DNA of 64,000 nt from Chiloscyllium plagiosum (Eukaryota), in the NCBI RefSeq assembly GCF_004010195.1, contig NC_057757.1, positions 4,778,823-4,842,822 on the forward strand, given 5' to 3'. Made by a program: the position numbers and the translations under genes. Each line of letters begins with the position of its first letter. Positions within the stretch are counted from its first letter, which is position 1. This document shows, in pieces, positions 1 through 12,793 of the stretch. Below the pieces are notes generated by a model. That model was not told the origin of the DNA. It saw nothing but the letters and a program-made list of their open reading frames with translations, and did not search any database.

Positions 1-965
1 TTCCCATTGCCGAGGACTTTGTAAAATCGGAGATTCCTGTATTATCCCGTGATAATCTATCACTATTTAGCCAATTCCCGGACCTTCAGTCCTGTGGTCG
101 CCCAGGTCCCTTTGCAGGCACCCCCGGTCTTTGGATTCCTGTGTCCCACGTCTCTGTAGAAAAATCTACAGGCACTCCGCAGGTCCCCAGTCCTCCGGAA
201 AGACGGTCCCCGCAAGTCTGTTGTTACCTGGGTTCGGTGCACCGAAATTACTCGATCGTTAACCGTCCCCACTGCCTCGGCCACACCCCTCCTTTGTTCT
301 CCTGAGCCTTCCGGATATCACTCGCTCAAGCCGCGCGGGGCGACAAGCAAGGAATCAGGGACTGCCGAACTCGGCAGGGTGCACCTTCTCCGATGTCCTT
401 CCTCAGCCCCCCCTCGCAGTCGGAGTGTTGATCGGACGAGCCCCCAAGTTTGTGAGAAACTAAAATCGCTTCTCAATAATCGCTCTAGACAAATTCAGGA
501 AAACAAAGTTTTATTAACAAGTCTGCAGAGTTGGGCACCCTTGAAAAAAAAGGCCCGCCAGGCTAACAATGTTTCTGATTAAATACAGTACAAGTCCCTC
601 CCCTCTATAGCTCCAAAGAGTCACGAGGTTCACATTCTCACAAAGTCTGCAACAGTTTCCCGAGTTGTTTTTCTACCCTGTAGTCTTATCAGTCAAGGAC
701 TTATTCTTCTCTGTCAGAGTTAGTGGTCTTATCAATCAAGGACTTGTTTTTCTACTCTGTAGCAGCAGGTGTCTCGTCCTTTATTATAGAGAAGCATGTT
801 TTACCCTACCCCCATGGCTCTATTCCCCTTAGACTCTGAGGTCATGCACATCTTAACTATTTGTACCGAAATCGTCTCTCACAGAATCATACCCTGTATA
901 CGAGGGCTAACCCAGAGACTGATTGTGACGACCTTAATGAAACAAATGCCCCTAAAGAGCATTCG
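1..965 (-). mobile_element. 5' end of an endogenous retrovirus (class I-like): 5' LTR about 451-965, PBS and leader running off the left edge
   Basis: On the minus strand the LTR ends ...TTTCTCACA (451) with an upstream AATAAA. It is followed after 4 nt by TGGGGGCTCGTCCG, a CpG-rich leader, a CAG/GTAAC splice-donor-like site (~223-231) and ATGGGA at the window edge. The LTR start is approximate. Confidence 0.75.
429..446 (-). other. tRNA-Pro primer binding site
   Basis: Minus strand TGGGGGCTCGTCCGATCA; the first 14 nt match the canonical tRNA-Pro PBS TGGGGGCTCGTCCGGGAT. Confidence 0.85.
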
Positions 966-975
966 GAGATTACAT

Positions 976-1290
976 TTTTAGATTACATTACTGTGTGGAA
1001 ACAGGCCCTTCGGCCCAACAGGTCCACACCGACCTGCCGAAGCGCAACCCACCCATACCCCTACCCCAACGTTTACATTTACCCCTTATCTGACACTACA
1101 GGCAATTTAGTATGGCCAATTCACCTAACCTGTACATCTTTGGACTGTGGGAGGAAATCGGAGCACCCGGAGGAAACCCACGCAGACACGGGGAGAACGT
1201 GCAAACTCCACACAGTCAGTCGCCTGAGGCGGGAATTGAACCCGGGTCTCTGGCGCTGTGAGGCAGCAGAGCTTGCCACCGTGCCGCCCA
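976..1290 (-). mobile_element. HE1-like V-SINE
   Basis: tRNA-derived head (gctgcctcacagcgccagagacccgggttcaattcc), V-domain gtggagtttgcacgttctccccgtgtctgcgtgggtttcctccggg, CR1-like tail. Confidence 0.88.
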
Positions 1291-2115
1291 CAAGGAGAAG
1301 TGCTCTACCTGTTAAACATTGAAGGAATAAGTGACCTTAGGGAGATTTCCAAAATAAATGAATTTTTGGGTAAAATGCTCGTCAATTTGGAAGTGACATC
1401 AGAAAAATGGAGAAGGTAACAAATGATAATTAAAGAAAAAAGGGAAAATTGTGGGATATAGGTAAATTAGTGTTATTTCTGCAATTATGATTACTTACGC
1501 AAGGTAAATGAACTCGCACCAGTGTATAATTGTTTCAGCCAAGGGCTGAGTCAACAAGAATGAAAACTATGTGAAAGAAATACATAATTGTTTTTGTATT
1601 AGCTGAAATGTGCCTGCAAAGAATGATAGGTGTTACAGACAAATAGATAAGGTGCTTTGAGGGGAGGGGTTTAAGCTAGATATGCCTGTACAAACAGTAG
1701 TTATAAGCATCTTTCCCGCTTCTGCAAAAACAAGAACAAACCACAATCAAGAAGTCATGAGGTCATAAGGTCATAACAAATAAGGGAGAATGGCCCACAG
1801 CAGGATGTGGTCAAATGGCCTTGTGAGGCCAGAAATAAGCATTTAGTCACAGACAAGACTGGATAAGGCAAGAGATGAACAAGAGTAATGGGTGTCGGTC
1901 TTAGGTGGGAGATGTAAACAGGGGAGGAGCAATGGGATGAAAGAATAGGAACCAAATTACATAAATGTTGTGTACTAGTTGAATTCAGTGTGTGTGTCCC
2001 TGCCTTGTGGACAGTGGACACCTCACCGTCTTGCAAGAGTAAAATAAATGACACCACTGATTCAGATCTTGTCTCGGACTGAAATTATTGAAGTGAGTGA
2101 TCTTTGTTTCTCACA
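1291..2115 (+). mobile_element. ERV 3' remnant: polypurine tract plus 3' LTR (1450-2115)
   Basis: AAAGAAAAAAGGGAAAA at ~1432-1448 directly precedes TGTGGG; AATAAA at ~2043; ends TTTCTCACA, resembling the LTR end at 451. Confidence 0.65.
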
Positions 2116-2433
2116 AGTTATAAGGAGAGGCTGAATAGGCTGGGGCTTTTTTCACTGAAGTGTAGGAGAGTGAGGGGTGATCTCAAATAGGTTTTGGGGG
2201 CATAGATAAGGTGAATAGCAAAGGTCTTCCCCAGGATAGGGGAACCCAAAATTGGAGGGCTTCAGTTTAAGATGAGATTGGAAAGATTTAAGAGGGACCT
2301 GAGGGGCAATGTTTTGTCACAGAGGGTGATTTATGTATGGAACGAGCTGCCAGGGGAAGTGGTTGATACAGCTACATTTACAACATTTAAAAGATAGCTA
2401 CATGCCTGGGAAAGGTTTGGAGGGATACAGCTC

Positions 2434-2469
2434 ATTCCTGAAGAAGGGCCTGTGCCCGAAACGTCGAAT
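2434..2469 (+). ncRNA. Minimal type I hammerhead ribozyme motif in a PLE-derived repeat
   Basis: ATTC-CTGAAGA-A-GGGC-CTGT-GCCC-GAAA-CGTC-GAAT: helix I ATTC/GAAT, helix II GGGC/GCCC, GUC cleavage triplet. Confidence 0.72.
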
Positions 2470-5092
2470 CTCCTGTTCCTGGGATGCTGCCTGACCTGCT
2501 GTGCTGTTCCAGCAATAAAGTTTCAACTTTGATCTCCAGCATCTGCAGACCTCACTTTCTCCTTAGAGGGATATAGGCCAATTGTAGACAAATGGGACTG
2601 GTTTAGTTGAGGGAAATTGGTCAGCATGGATGAATTGGACAGTCAGCATGGATGAATTGTTTCTGTGCTGTATGACTCTATGACTCAGCCTCCACCATTC
2701 CATGGAAAAAAAAAGATCAAAAAAATCCTGAGTGAGAAATGGTTTTTTCCTTGTCACTATCCTGAAAGTTTGACCACTCCTACTGAATTTTAAGGGAGTG
2801 CGCCCAGGTCTGGAATGACCCACAATGGGAAATATCCTTTCACTCTTCTAACCTCTAGTGGAAACAAGCCAGCCTGTTTGACCTAACCTCATAAGACAAC
2901 CCAGGCATTCCAGGTTCAATCCAGGAAACCTGCCCAATCTCTACCTCTGATCCTGTTATGTTCTTCCTTAAATAAGGAGAACAAAACTGCATACAATATT
3001 CATTCATAAAAAGTTGGAGTGAAACTGCCAAGCTCTCGATTGACAATCAAGAGGACTGTTGGGCTCGGTCATTAAGCATACTCTAGGCTGAGACAGACAG
3101 ATTTTCAGTCAGAAGGAATCAAGGGTTTTGGGAAAAAGCAGGAAATTTGAGTTGATTATCAGATTGGCCATGATATCATTGAATAGGGAGCTGACTCAAT
3201 GGGATAAATGGCCCACTTATGTTTCTGTGCCTTGCGTTGTTTAGCCATGCAGGGATCTTGCATCCAACCGGACCAGATTATTTGCAGCTTTGGGGTCGTG
3301 CTCAAGCCCGTGATGACCGCTTGAGCTGGTCATCATTGTAATTGTCCATATCTAACTCTGTATTATCACCAGCTAAGCCCCTGTCTCAGCTCATTGACTG
3401 CTGTAACCTTCATCCTTACTTTTCTTTCTTTTAGACTTGAGTATTCCAAACCCACCTAAACTTGAGGTCATCCAAGACCCTCCTTCCAACTTGCACCAAG
3501 TCCCTTTCACCCACCACCCCTGATGTTCGCTGACCCACACTGTCCCCATTGCATTGGCCCCACCACAACCTCACTTCCTTTCGAACCTCTCCCATGTCTG
3601 ACAATTCTCTGAAGTCTCTGTGCAACTCCAAATCCTGCCTCTTGTGCATTCCTGATTCATTGGTTGCACCAAAGGTGTGTCTTTGACTATGACCCCAACC
3701 TCCTAACTCTCTGAGGAACAGCCTCAGCATGTGCTCCACAAAGAATGTGCATGTTTCATCCTTCTGAAGAACAGAGAGGATAGATCTGTTTGATGCAATC
3801 ACTCCTCTGCAGTCAACGCTCTCATCTCTGTAGTCAATGCAGTAAGTGTTAAGATTTCATTTTGGATTCCTGATTGAACTCAACTGCCTTTTACTTCAGA
3901 AATAGATAGTACCTTGAGATTACTCATCAATTCCTTACCATCTTCCACAGCAGGTGATTTAAGGATCTAGAGAAGTGCCATCTGTAGGCAGGACTGATGG
4001 AGAGATGGCAGTGAGACCATGATGTGCTCCATGGTCACAATCCCTTTGGTACTGGGAGGAAGCTTCCTCGTGGAGCAGGGTGAATTAGGAACTTGGGCAC
4101 CCCAATCATACTGTTTGTGAAAAGGAAACCTAATTCAGTCAGGCAGAAATATGGAAAGGACTTTTGTTTACTGCTGCATCTCTTCCTGCCTCAAAATGCT
4201 TCACAGCTTCTCAATCCATCTGGAATTCTCTCAGAACAGGAGACAGTCTTACAGGACAACCAATCTGATGGGGCATTGCTGCTCACAGCAACAGGGGTAC
4301 AGTCCCTTGCCCATAAGCTTGGGTATCTCACCACTGTAGCAGATTTGAATTTACACCCTGTGTTTATTTAGGAAAACTAAAATGAGTGGTTTAAGAAGGC
4401 AGCTCATCTGCAGCTTCCCAAGGTAACTAGGGATGGGATGATGTCCATAAGTCACAACAGAATAAAAGAAACTTGCCTCATTAGGCTCCTACCTTACTCA
4501 ATACACGAAACAAGCTAGACATCTGGAAAACTCAATATGGAAATCAGAGCAGGTACCTGGCAGATTCAGTTCTCAGCTTGCTGTGGGGGGAAAAAGAACT
4601 GTGATGTCTACAGCCAAATTGTAACTCTGGTCACAATCTATGAGCATAGCCATGTGGATCTGCCTTCCATTGACATTGGCATACAGTAGACAGCAACACC
4701 TCATAACCATGCTGGCACTACTCTGGAAGCACAGGTCTGTACTGTAGGGCTCACTGGAATTAGCATTGAAAATCTGCAGTGGGAACACTTTGTGTTCAGG
4801 CACCCTGCTCACAGTTCAGACTGGGCTGCATGTCAGCACTGTTCACTTGCCCTGTTAGTGCATATACATTTAGCACTGATGTTTGGTGTTCAGAGCATCG
4901 GCATTTGCACTGGGCATAGAGTCGTATAGATTTCCTTGCCACTTTGACTTAGTCACTATTAATTATTTTCTTAGTATTATCTCTTTTTAATAAGGGTATG
5001 GAATTTGAACCAAAGTTTCCTCCAATCTCTAAATGTGAAATATTGAATCTAAGGTAAAAAAAACTCAGGCCTGTCAAGACCTGTATCATAAA

Positions 5093-5161
5093 TGGAATTT
5101 TCTATCAGATTATAAGTCAGCTGGTTTCCCAGAAAAATCACTTTTTTTCTTCATGTATAAA
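5093..5161 (+). promoter_or_regulatory. Putative proximal promoter of the lipoxygenase gene
   Basis: TATAAA at 5156-5161, about 70 nt upstream of the ATG; TTCCCAGAA (STAT/GAS consensus TTCN3GAA) at 5126-5134; GGAATTTTC (NF-kB-like) at 5094-5102. Confidence 0.4.
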
Positions 5162-5229
5162 CATTGCATCCGCTTCCTTGTCAGTCAGTTTTGCCACAAT
5201 CAAAGATCTGAATTTCTCCCACTGCTAAA

Positions 5230-5379
5230 ATGAATGCCTACAAAGTGACCATTGAGACTGGGACAATTGGGGGTGCAGGAACCCAGAGTTATGTTTACTG
5301 CACCTTGATCGGAGAGAAGGGAGTGAGCCACAAGGCCAGCGTCAACAGGTGGCTGCATTGTGATCTGAAGCAAGGATCT
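5230..5379 (+). pseudogene. Lipoxygenase exon 1 (PLAT domain N-terminus), 150 nt, intact
   Basis: ATG at 5230; MNAYKVTIETGTIGGAGTQSYVYCTLIGEKGVSHKASVNRWLHCDLKQGS, then donor gtgagt at 5380. Same 50-codon length as ALOX5 coding exon 1. Confidence 0.92.
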
Positions 5380-8300
5380 GTGAGTATACATTCGACAAGG
5401 GGTTTGAGAATCTTAGAGACAGCAGCATTGTACTGTAGGCAGGATGTTATTAAATTGGAAAGGGTGCAAAAAAGATTTACAAGGATGTAACTGGAGGGGG
5501 GACAGGGAGCAGTTTCAGTTATCACGAGAAGCTGAAGAGGCTGGGACTTTTCTCCATGGAGTGAAGAAGGCTGTGGAGTGACATTGTAGAGCTTTATAAA
5601 ATCATGAGGGCATAGATAAGGTGAATAACAAGATCTTTTTCCCAGGGTTAGAGTCCAAAACCAGAGGGCATAGGTTTAAGGTGAGGGGGGTATAATTCAC
5701 AAGGGATCTAAGGAGCAACTTTTTCTTACAAATAGGGGAACAAGCTGCCAAAGGAAGTGGTTGAGGTGGGTACAATGACAACATTTAAAAAACATTTGGA
5801 TTGGAACATAAATTTGAGTTATATGGGCTAAATGCAGGCTGTTGAGGCTAGTTCCAGTTAGGAAACCTGGTTGGCGTGGACAAGTTGGGTTGAAGGCTCT
5901 GTTTCCATACTGTATGACTCTGACTTTAGCAGCCTATTGTAATTGACATTACATTAGGTTGTGCCAGTACACTGGAGAAATTATTTCAAAGATAAATACA
6001 TGCATTTACACTACATGTTAAGCGGCAATTGGATAGGTACATGGATAGGTGCTTAAGCTAGGACAAATGTTTGGCACAACATCGTGGGCCGAATGGCCTG
6101 TTCTGTGCTGTATTGTTCTATGTTCTATGTTCTACGTTCTAAATGCTTAACACCTAATGAAGTTTACACTGCCGAAATGTTGATTCTCCTGTTCCTTGGA
6201 TGCTGCCTGACCTGCTGCGCTTTTCCAGCAACACATTTTCAACTGTGCAATAGCACTGGAATTACAGACAAAATTGCATGCTCAATAAAAGCCTGGGTGT
6301 GAGTTTCCTTCCATCAGCATGAAATACTAACATTGTGGCAAATCCAAAAATGCTCAGGCAATCTGGGGCAGTAAAGGTCGAGGTTGGTGTTGTGATGTTG
6401 ATTGAAGGATGAACACACTGACCAGGGCATTAAGGAGATCCTGCTTGCTGATCTCCAAAATAATGCCAGAGGAGGTTTCACATCCATCCATGCAGGAATG
6501 GGGGCCTCTGTTTATCATTTCATCTGGGAGGCAGCAGCACTAACAACACAGCTCTCCCTCAATGCTGTACTGTAGTTCCAGCCTTGGTTTTTCTGCTTCA
6601 GTTTTGTAGTACAAAGTGAATGCAGAATCTTGTAACTTTAAGATAACCATGCTACCAATAAATTAGCCAGAACTTATACTTTGGTATGATGAAAGGCCAA
6701 TTTAAAAAAATATAGTTATTTTCTCTTACAGTGACGAATGTTGGTCATGCCAGTGAACATAACAATTCAATCTCAACAACTGCATCCCAATCTTTATATT
6801 TGTCCCACGCTCTTGTCTTTGATTCGGTTGCCTTTTCTTCTTTCAAATTCTGTTGTGTCGGAAACTCCTACCACTTAAGAATTTTGTGAAGTATTTTCTG
6901 TATTGTTGCCGGTCTTTATCCATTATGTAGAGGTACCACGGAATTTTCTGCCCTACTTTGATCGGTGTTAGACACTTATTCAAAAGATTGCAAAAGAAAA
7001 TCTTGTTTGTGGTTTTAAACATATGAGCATCTGGGAAATGGGGGCAAATACTTGCCAAGCCAGTAACATCCATATTCAGCAGAGTACGGGAATAGGATAG
7101 TTAAGAAGGCATATGGGACACTTAGTTTCATCAGTTGCGGCATAGGATACAACAGCAAGGAGGTAATGTCAGAGTTGTACAGAGTGTTGGTCAGACTGCA
7201 ACTGAAGTACCGTGTGCAGTCCCGATCACCTCCCTATAGGAAGAATGTGAGAGCGCGAGAGGGGGTACAGAAGAGGTTCACCAGGATGTTGCCTGGAATT
7301 GAGAAATTGAGCTATAAGGAGAGACTAGATAGGCTTGGATTGTCTTCTTCAGAGCAGTGAAGACTGAGGGAGGGACAGGATTGAGGTGTATACGATTGAA
7401 TGGTATGGACAGGGTGAACAGAAAGCAGCTGTTCCCTTTAAGTTGATGGGTCAATCACGAGGGGCATAGCTTTAGGATAAGGGGCAGGGGATTCAGAGGG
7501 GATTTTGGGAAAAATCCTTTTCACTCAGCAGATGATGGGAATCTGGAATGCAATGCCCACAAAAGTAGTGGAGACTGGAAACCTTAAAACCTTATAAAAA
7601 AATTTGGATCAGTACTTCAAATATCATAACATTTAAGGATATGGAACGAATGCAGGAAATTGGTTGCCAGCTTTCCAGTGAAAACCATTCCAGTCTTTTT
7701 AACCTTTCCTCACAGCCAATGCCCTCGAGACCAGGCAACATGGTGGTGAACCCTCTGTGCTCTCTCTCCAAAGAGGCGAAGGAGTATTGCTCCGAAAGCT
7801 TGTGATTTCAGATAAATCTGTTGGGCTATACCTGATGTCGTGTGATTTGTGACTTTGTCCTCCCCAGTCCAACACCAGCATCTCCACACCATGGCAATCA
7901 TATGCAGTGAAAGTGAAAGACCAGATATAAATCATGGCCACAGGAACATACACATAACTGGAGAGGTTGTACCTCAAGGCCAGGTGACTGAGCAAGATGT
8001 GAATTCACCACCTGCACAGACACAAGTCAGCCACCAGATACAGGGGTCTACTGTATATTTCCATTAATGGAAATGGAAAAACAACAGGTAACACAGCAGT
8101 AACAAATGATGTAGGAATGACACACCCCAGGGAAGAAACATTACTCTAATGAACATCCAATAACAAAGTGCACGCTTACACTATCTGGCCAACCTGATTT
8201 AGAGATCATAATGCTTACAGTGCAGAAAGAGGCCATTCAGCCCTTTGAATGTACACTGACCCTCCAAAGAACATGCCACTCAGAACCACCTCACCACCCC

Positions 8301-9774
8301 ATCCCTGCATGGGGTTTCTCCCATGGCTAGCTCACCTAACATGCAGATCCCTGGACACTATGGAACAATATTTAGCATGGCTGATCCACCTAATAAAAGG
8401 CTATGTGGCACTAGAACAAACTGGCTATGGGCATGCAGCGTTCTGGAGCATTTAACTTCAATAAATTGCTGGTATATTGGAAGGGACAATAGCCTTTACA
8501 ATATCAGTGCTTTCAGCCATTCCTTGATATCATGTGGAGTGAAACAATTTGGTTGGAAACTGGCATCTGTGACACTGGCTACCTTCAGAGGAGGTTGAGA
8601 TGGTCATCTGTTTGGCAATTAAGATTGAAGAATGTTGCAGCATTATCTTTCGTATGACATGCTGGACTTCCTCGTCATTGTGACTTGCTTAGTTGTCCAC
8701 CATTCACGCAGGACTGCAGAACTTCTATCTGTACCTTCAGCAGGTTGACACTTTTTTCAGGTATACCTGGTGCTACTTCTGATGTGCCTCCTTGAACTTT
8801 TCATTGAACCTGGGTTAATCCCTGGTTAAATGGTAATGATAGAATGGGGATTTTGTCAGGCCATGAGGTTACTGGTTGCAGATTGTGTTGGAGTACAATT
8901 CTGCTGCTGCTCATGGCCTACAGCATCTGATGAATACCCAATCTTGAGCCACTAGATCTGTTTGAAATCTGTCCCACAACACAATGGAAGCTACTCTCAA
9001 TACAAAGAGATTTTGCCCAAAATAACTGGTAACCCCAGCCTAAAAGGAGGTTGGTGGCAGCAAATCTATCCTTCAGCAAATTGATCATCATACAACATGG
9101 TGAACAGCAATGCAGATTCCTCTAAGCTCTGAAGAACTCTGCATGTACAGCTTTCAAAAGGTTGCTTGTACAAACTGGGAAAATCGAATATTTGAGAACC
9201 CTACAGTAGAACCATGATGGCCAAATGCAGTGTGGCAATAGAAAAAAAATTCAGAACTGGTAAGATTGACACTGAATCAAATGTGAACTAGAAGTTAGAA
9301 ATGAGTTACACTGGCAGTTCTAGATTGTATTCGATGCTGTTAAACCGTAGGACCAGTACCCAGTTGAGCCTCAGTTGCAGAGTGAATAGACATTGGAAGC
9401 TCTACGAGCATATTGGAAATCCCTGTTGGGCAAGGGATAGTTACAGACCAAAAAAGCTAGTGGAACACCCACAGCTCACAGTGGACATTACCACCAATGT
9501 TGGTGGGCACATGAGATACTGCAACAGTGAGGAAAATCAAAGGCAATGGAACAAAGTTTAAAAAAATAGGTTGAAACACAAAAAATGTTAGGAAGTCTAA
9601 GTTAAAGGGCAACTGGGGACTGGCAGTAAATGCTCGCCAGCCAACTCTGCCTACGTCCCATAAATGAAGAAAGAAAAACTGTCTACATTAAACAACATCA
9701 GGGCAATTCACAAGCCAAATGTCCATCAGAAAAAGAGATTTAAGAAACCATCTTACTAACAATATCTGGCATAG

Positions 9775-10722
9775 GGTGTAGGTTTGCTCGCTGAGCTGTA
9801 GATTTGATATCCAGACGTTTCATTACTTGGCTAGGTAGCATCATCAGTGACAACCTCCAAGTGAAGTGAAGCTGTTGTCTCCTGCTTTCTATTTATATGT
9901 TTGTCCTGGATAGGGTTCCTGGGGTTTGTGGTGATGTCATTTCCTGTTCGTTTTCTGAGGGGTTGATAGATGGTTGGCAGTCCTTGCATGGAATTTTGTA
10001 GATGACGTTGGTTTTGTCCATGGGATATACTGGGTCTTTCATTTTTGTTTGAGAGTGTTGGTGGGTTTGTGTGCTACTAGAATTCCGAGGGGTCTTAGTA
10101 GACTGGCTGTCATTTCTGAGACTTCTTTGATGTATAGTAAGGTGGTTAGGGTTTCTGGCTGTGTTAGGTCCGCTTGTCGTGGTTTGTTCCTGAGGAATCT
10201 GCGGACTGTATTTTTTGAGTATCCGTTCTTCTTGAATACGTTGTATAGGTTGTTCTCCTCTGTTTTTGTCCGTGCTGCAGTGTGTGGTGGCTCATTGGAA
10301 TAGTGTTCTGATACAGCTTCGTTTGTGTGTGTTGGGATGGTTGCTGGTGTAGTTAAGTATTTGATCAGTGTTTGTCGGTTTTCTGTGTACGCAGGTTTGT
10401 AGTTGTCCTTTGTCTTTTCTTACGACTGTGACGTCCAGGAATGCAAATTTGTTGTCGGTTTCTTCCTCCTTGGTGAACGTTATGCCTGTGAGGGTGTTGT
10501 TGATGATGTTAAATGTCTCTTCTATCTTGTTTCATTTTGTGATGACAAAGGTGTCATCTACGTAGCGGACCCAGATTTTTGGTTTGATGGTTGGTAGGGC
10601 TGTTTGTTCTAGTCTTTGCATTACCGCTTCTGCTATGAATCCTGATAGCAGAGATCCCAAGGGTGTGTCGTTGGTTTGTTTGTAGATTATGTTGTTGAAG
10701 GTGAAGTGGGTGGTGAGGCATC
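9775..10722 (-). mobile_element. Penelope-like element (RT fragment plus 3' pLTR)
   Basis: ORF 10532-10762 contains THFTFNNIIYKQTNDTPLGS...WVRYVDDTFVI, typical of a PLE RT. The pLTR has a hammerhead-like core at ~9812-9848. Confidence 0.85.
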
Positions 10723-11665
10723 TACGCCAAGTCTCCACCAAGGTGACTGATGAGGATTTCACAGTTCCTTTCCCTGGCTATTGTTAGGCAAGGGTTTCAC
10801 TCTCTCATGCATCAGCAGTTTCTCTCATTATTTAACAAAAACAGCAATTGGTATAAATGCTCAGCAGGTCTGGCAGCATCTGTGGAGACAAATCAGAGTT
10901 GACATTTCAGGTCCAATGACTCTTCCTCAGAAATGGTGGTAGCTATGAAAACAATAGTTTTTTTATACAGAAAGTGGGATGGCGATAGGGTGAGAGTAAA
11001 CAATAGGTGGAGATAAAGCCCAAAGAAAGAAAAACAGCTGAACAGACAAAGGAGTGGTTAAAAGTCTCATCAGTGTAGTGGAGATCACATTGTGAACAAT
11101 AAATACAGTAGACTAGATTGAGTGAAGTGCAGGTAAAGTGTTGCTTCACTTGGAAGGTGTGTTTTGGGGCCTTGGATAGTGGGAAAGAAGTAAACAGGCA
11201 GGTATTACACCTTCTGGAATTGCAGGGGAAGGTGTCGTCATTCTTTATCTCCGTTTAAAGTCCACTTGAAGCTAGTTGGGTTTCTTGGGCCTCAAAGCCA
11301 GGCAAGTAAATGGAAGTGAGACCACTGCTTGAAAGAGGTCTTTCGCACTGCTTGTGGGTCACGAGAAAAAGAAGTTTTGACCCCATCCTCCTTACTTCTC
11401 TCTGATGAAGGGCTTATGCCCAAAGCTTCGATTATCCTGCTCCTCGGATGCTGCCTGACCTGCTGTGCTTTTCCAGCACCACACTCTCGACTCCTTACTT
11501 CTCTTGCCTATGCTTGCAACCAACCTGACAATAGGATGCCAGTTCCACAATCAGGACCTTCCAGCCTAATTGAAACTTGTAAACATCTCCCTCACTTTGA
11601 ATAATTGAACTTATGTTTCCCATATTGCGGTCTAATTAATCCTTCTGGCGTAATTTACTTTCCAG

Positions 11666-11861
11666 GTGGGTCACGACGAAATTGCAAGTAATCGGGACCT
11701 TGGGACCATTTATTTTGTGGAGCTGCAAGTAATTCCGTTCATCGGTCAAGATTGCTGGTTCTGCTGCTGTGCGATGGTGGAGATTCCTGAGGGAAACCTC
11801 TTCCATTTCCCCTGCTACAAGTGGCTAGCAGACAATAACATAGACCTCAGGGAAGGAACCG
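11666..11861 (+). pseudogene. Lipoxygenase exon 2 (PLAT domain), 196 nt, open frame
   Basis: Acceptor tttccag; VGHDEIASNRDLGTIYFVEL...DCWFC...FHFPCYKWL...LREGT; phase-1 donor G/gtaagg. Confidence 0.92.
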
Positions 11862-12646
11862 GTAAGGCGGAAAAGCCAGAGGTTGCTGGGGAGCAGCAAA
11901 GCTGACCCACAGAAGTAACATGCATCCACACAGAACCCTTCCCAAAGCATTTGACCAGCAGTGAATTGATGAAGTGTAATATAATGGTTGTAGAAAATTC
12001 AGCAGCCAGTTTACACACAAGAAGGTCCTCAAATGTCAAGGAGCAATAGATAGTGGCAGGATGCCAAAGAGAACTCCTTTGCTCTTCCACGAAAAGGGGC
12101 ATATGATCTTTCACACTCCTCTGACATGGTTTTGGTTTAATGCCACATCAGACAGACAACACCTTTCAAGACAAATCTTCCATTCCCAGCACATAACAGC
12201 ACTTTGCTCCACATAGGGCAAGTGGACATATGAAGCTCCTGTACCTGAAGCTTATAGCAAAATTTTTCAAGTTTTACTACAAGTCCATCTCTTCAGATAG
12301 ATTAGATTAGGTTAGATTATTTACAGTGTGGAAACAGGCCCTTTGGCCCAACAAGACCACACAACCCTCCGAAGAGCAACCCACTCAGATCCATTCCCTT
12401 ACATTTACCCCTTCACCTAACACTACAGGCAATTTAGCATGGCCAATTCACCTAACCTGCACACTTTTGGACTGTGGGAGGAAACTGGAGCTACATAGAT
12501 GTGCCAGAGCATTGCATTAGCATAGTTTCTAGAACAAAATTGAAGTTTATATGACCCCACTCTAATCCCATGATTAGATTCAGCTTGTGTGGATTGAGTG
12601 TTGCTCAGCTGAATCATTCAAATTAATATTCAAACCTTTTACCCAG

Positions 12647-12680
12647 GTATTCTTCCCTTGTGTGACAGACAAAAGACAGG
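12647..12680 (+). pseudogene. Possible truncated remnant of lipoxygenase exon 3
   Basis: Acceptor ccttttacccag followed in phase 1 by (G)ILPLCDRQKT, resembling the start and end of the usual ~82-nt exon 3. No donor is visible. Confidence 0.3.
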
Positions 12681-12701
12681 GAATTTAATTAATCAAGCCC
12701 G

Positions 12702-12793
12702 TCTTTATTTAATCCTTTAAGTGTCAATACTTAATATAAAACACGCATCTTTATTTAATCCTTTAAGTGTCAATACTTAATATAAAACATGCA
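12702..12793. repeat. 46-bp tandem duplication
   Basis: tctttatttaatcctttaagtgtcaatacttaatataaaaca(c/t)gca occurs twice. Confidence 0.9.

Noticed and set aside
861..1322. 153-aa ORF, and similar ORFs at 47889-48263, 51476-52042, 54555-55043, 42068-42502 and 42919-43293
   Set aside because: These are chance open frames through HE1 SINE copies; the shared peptide motifs simply reflect the repeat.
5380..5490. ORF extension of exon 1 (VSIHSTRG...ERVQKRFTRM) as a PLAT-CR1 fusion protein
   Set aside because: Read-through past a canonical gtgagt donor into an intronic CR1 fragment; no evidence of exonisation.
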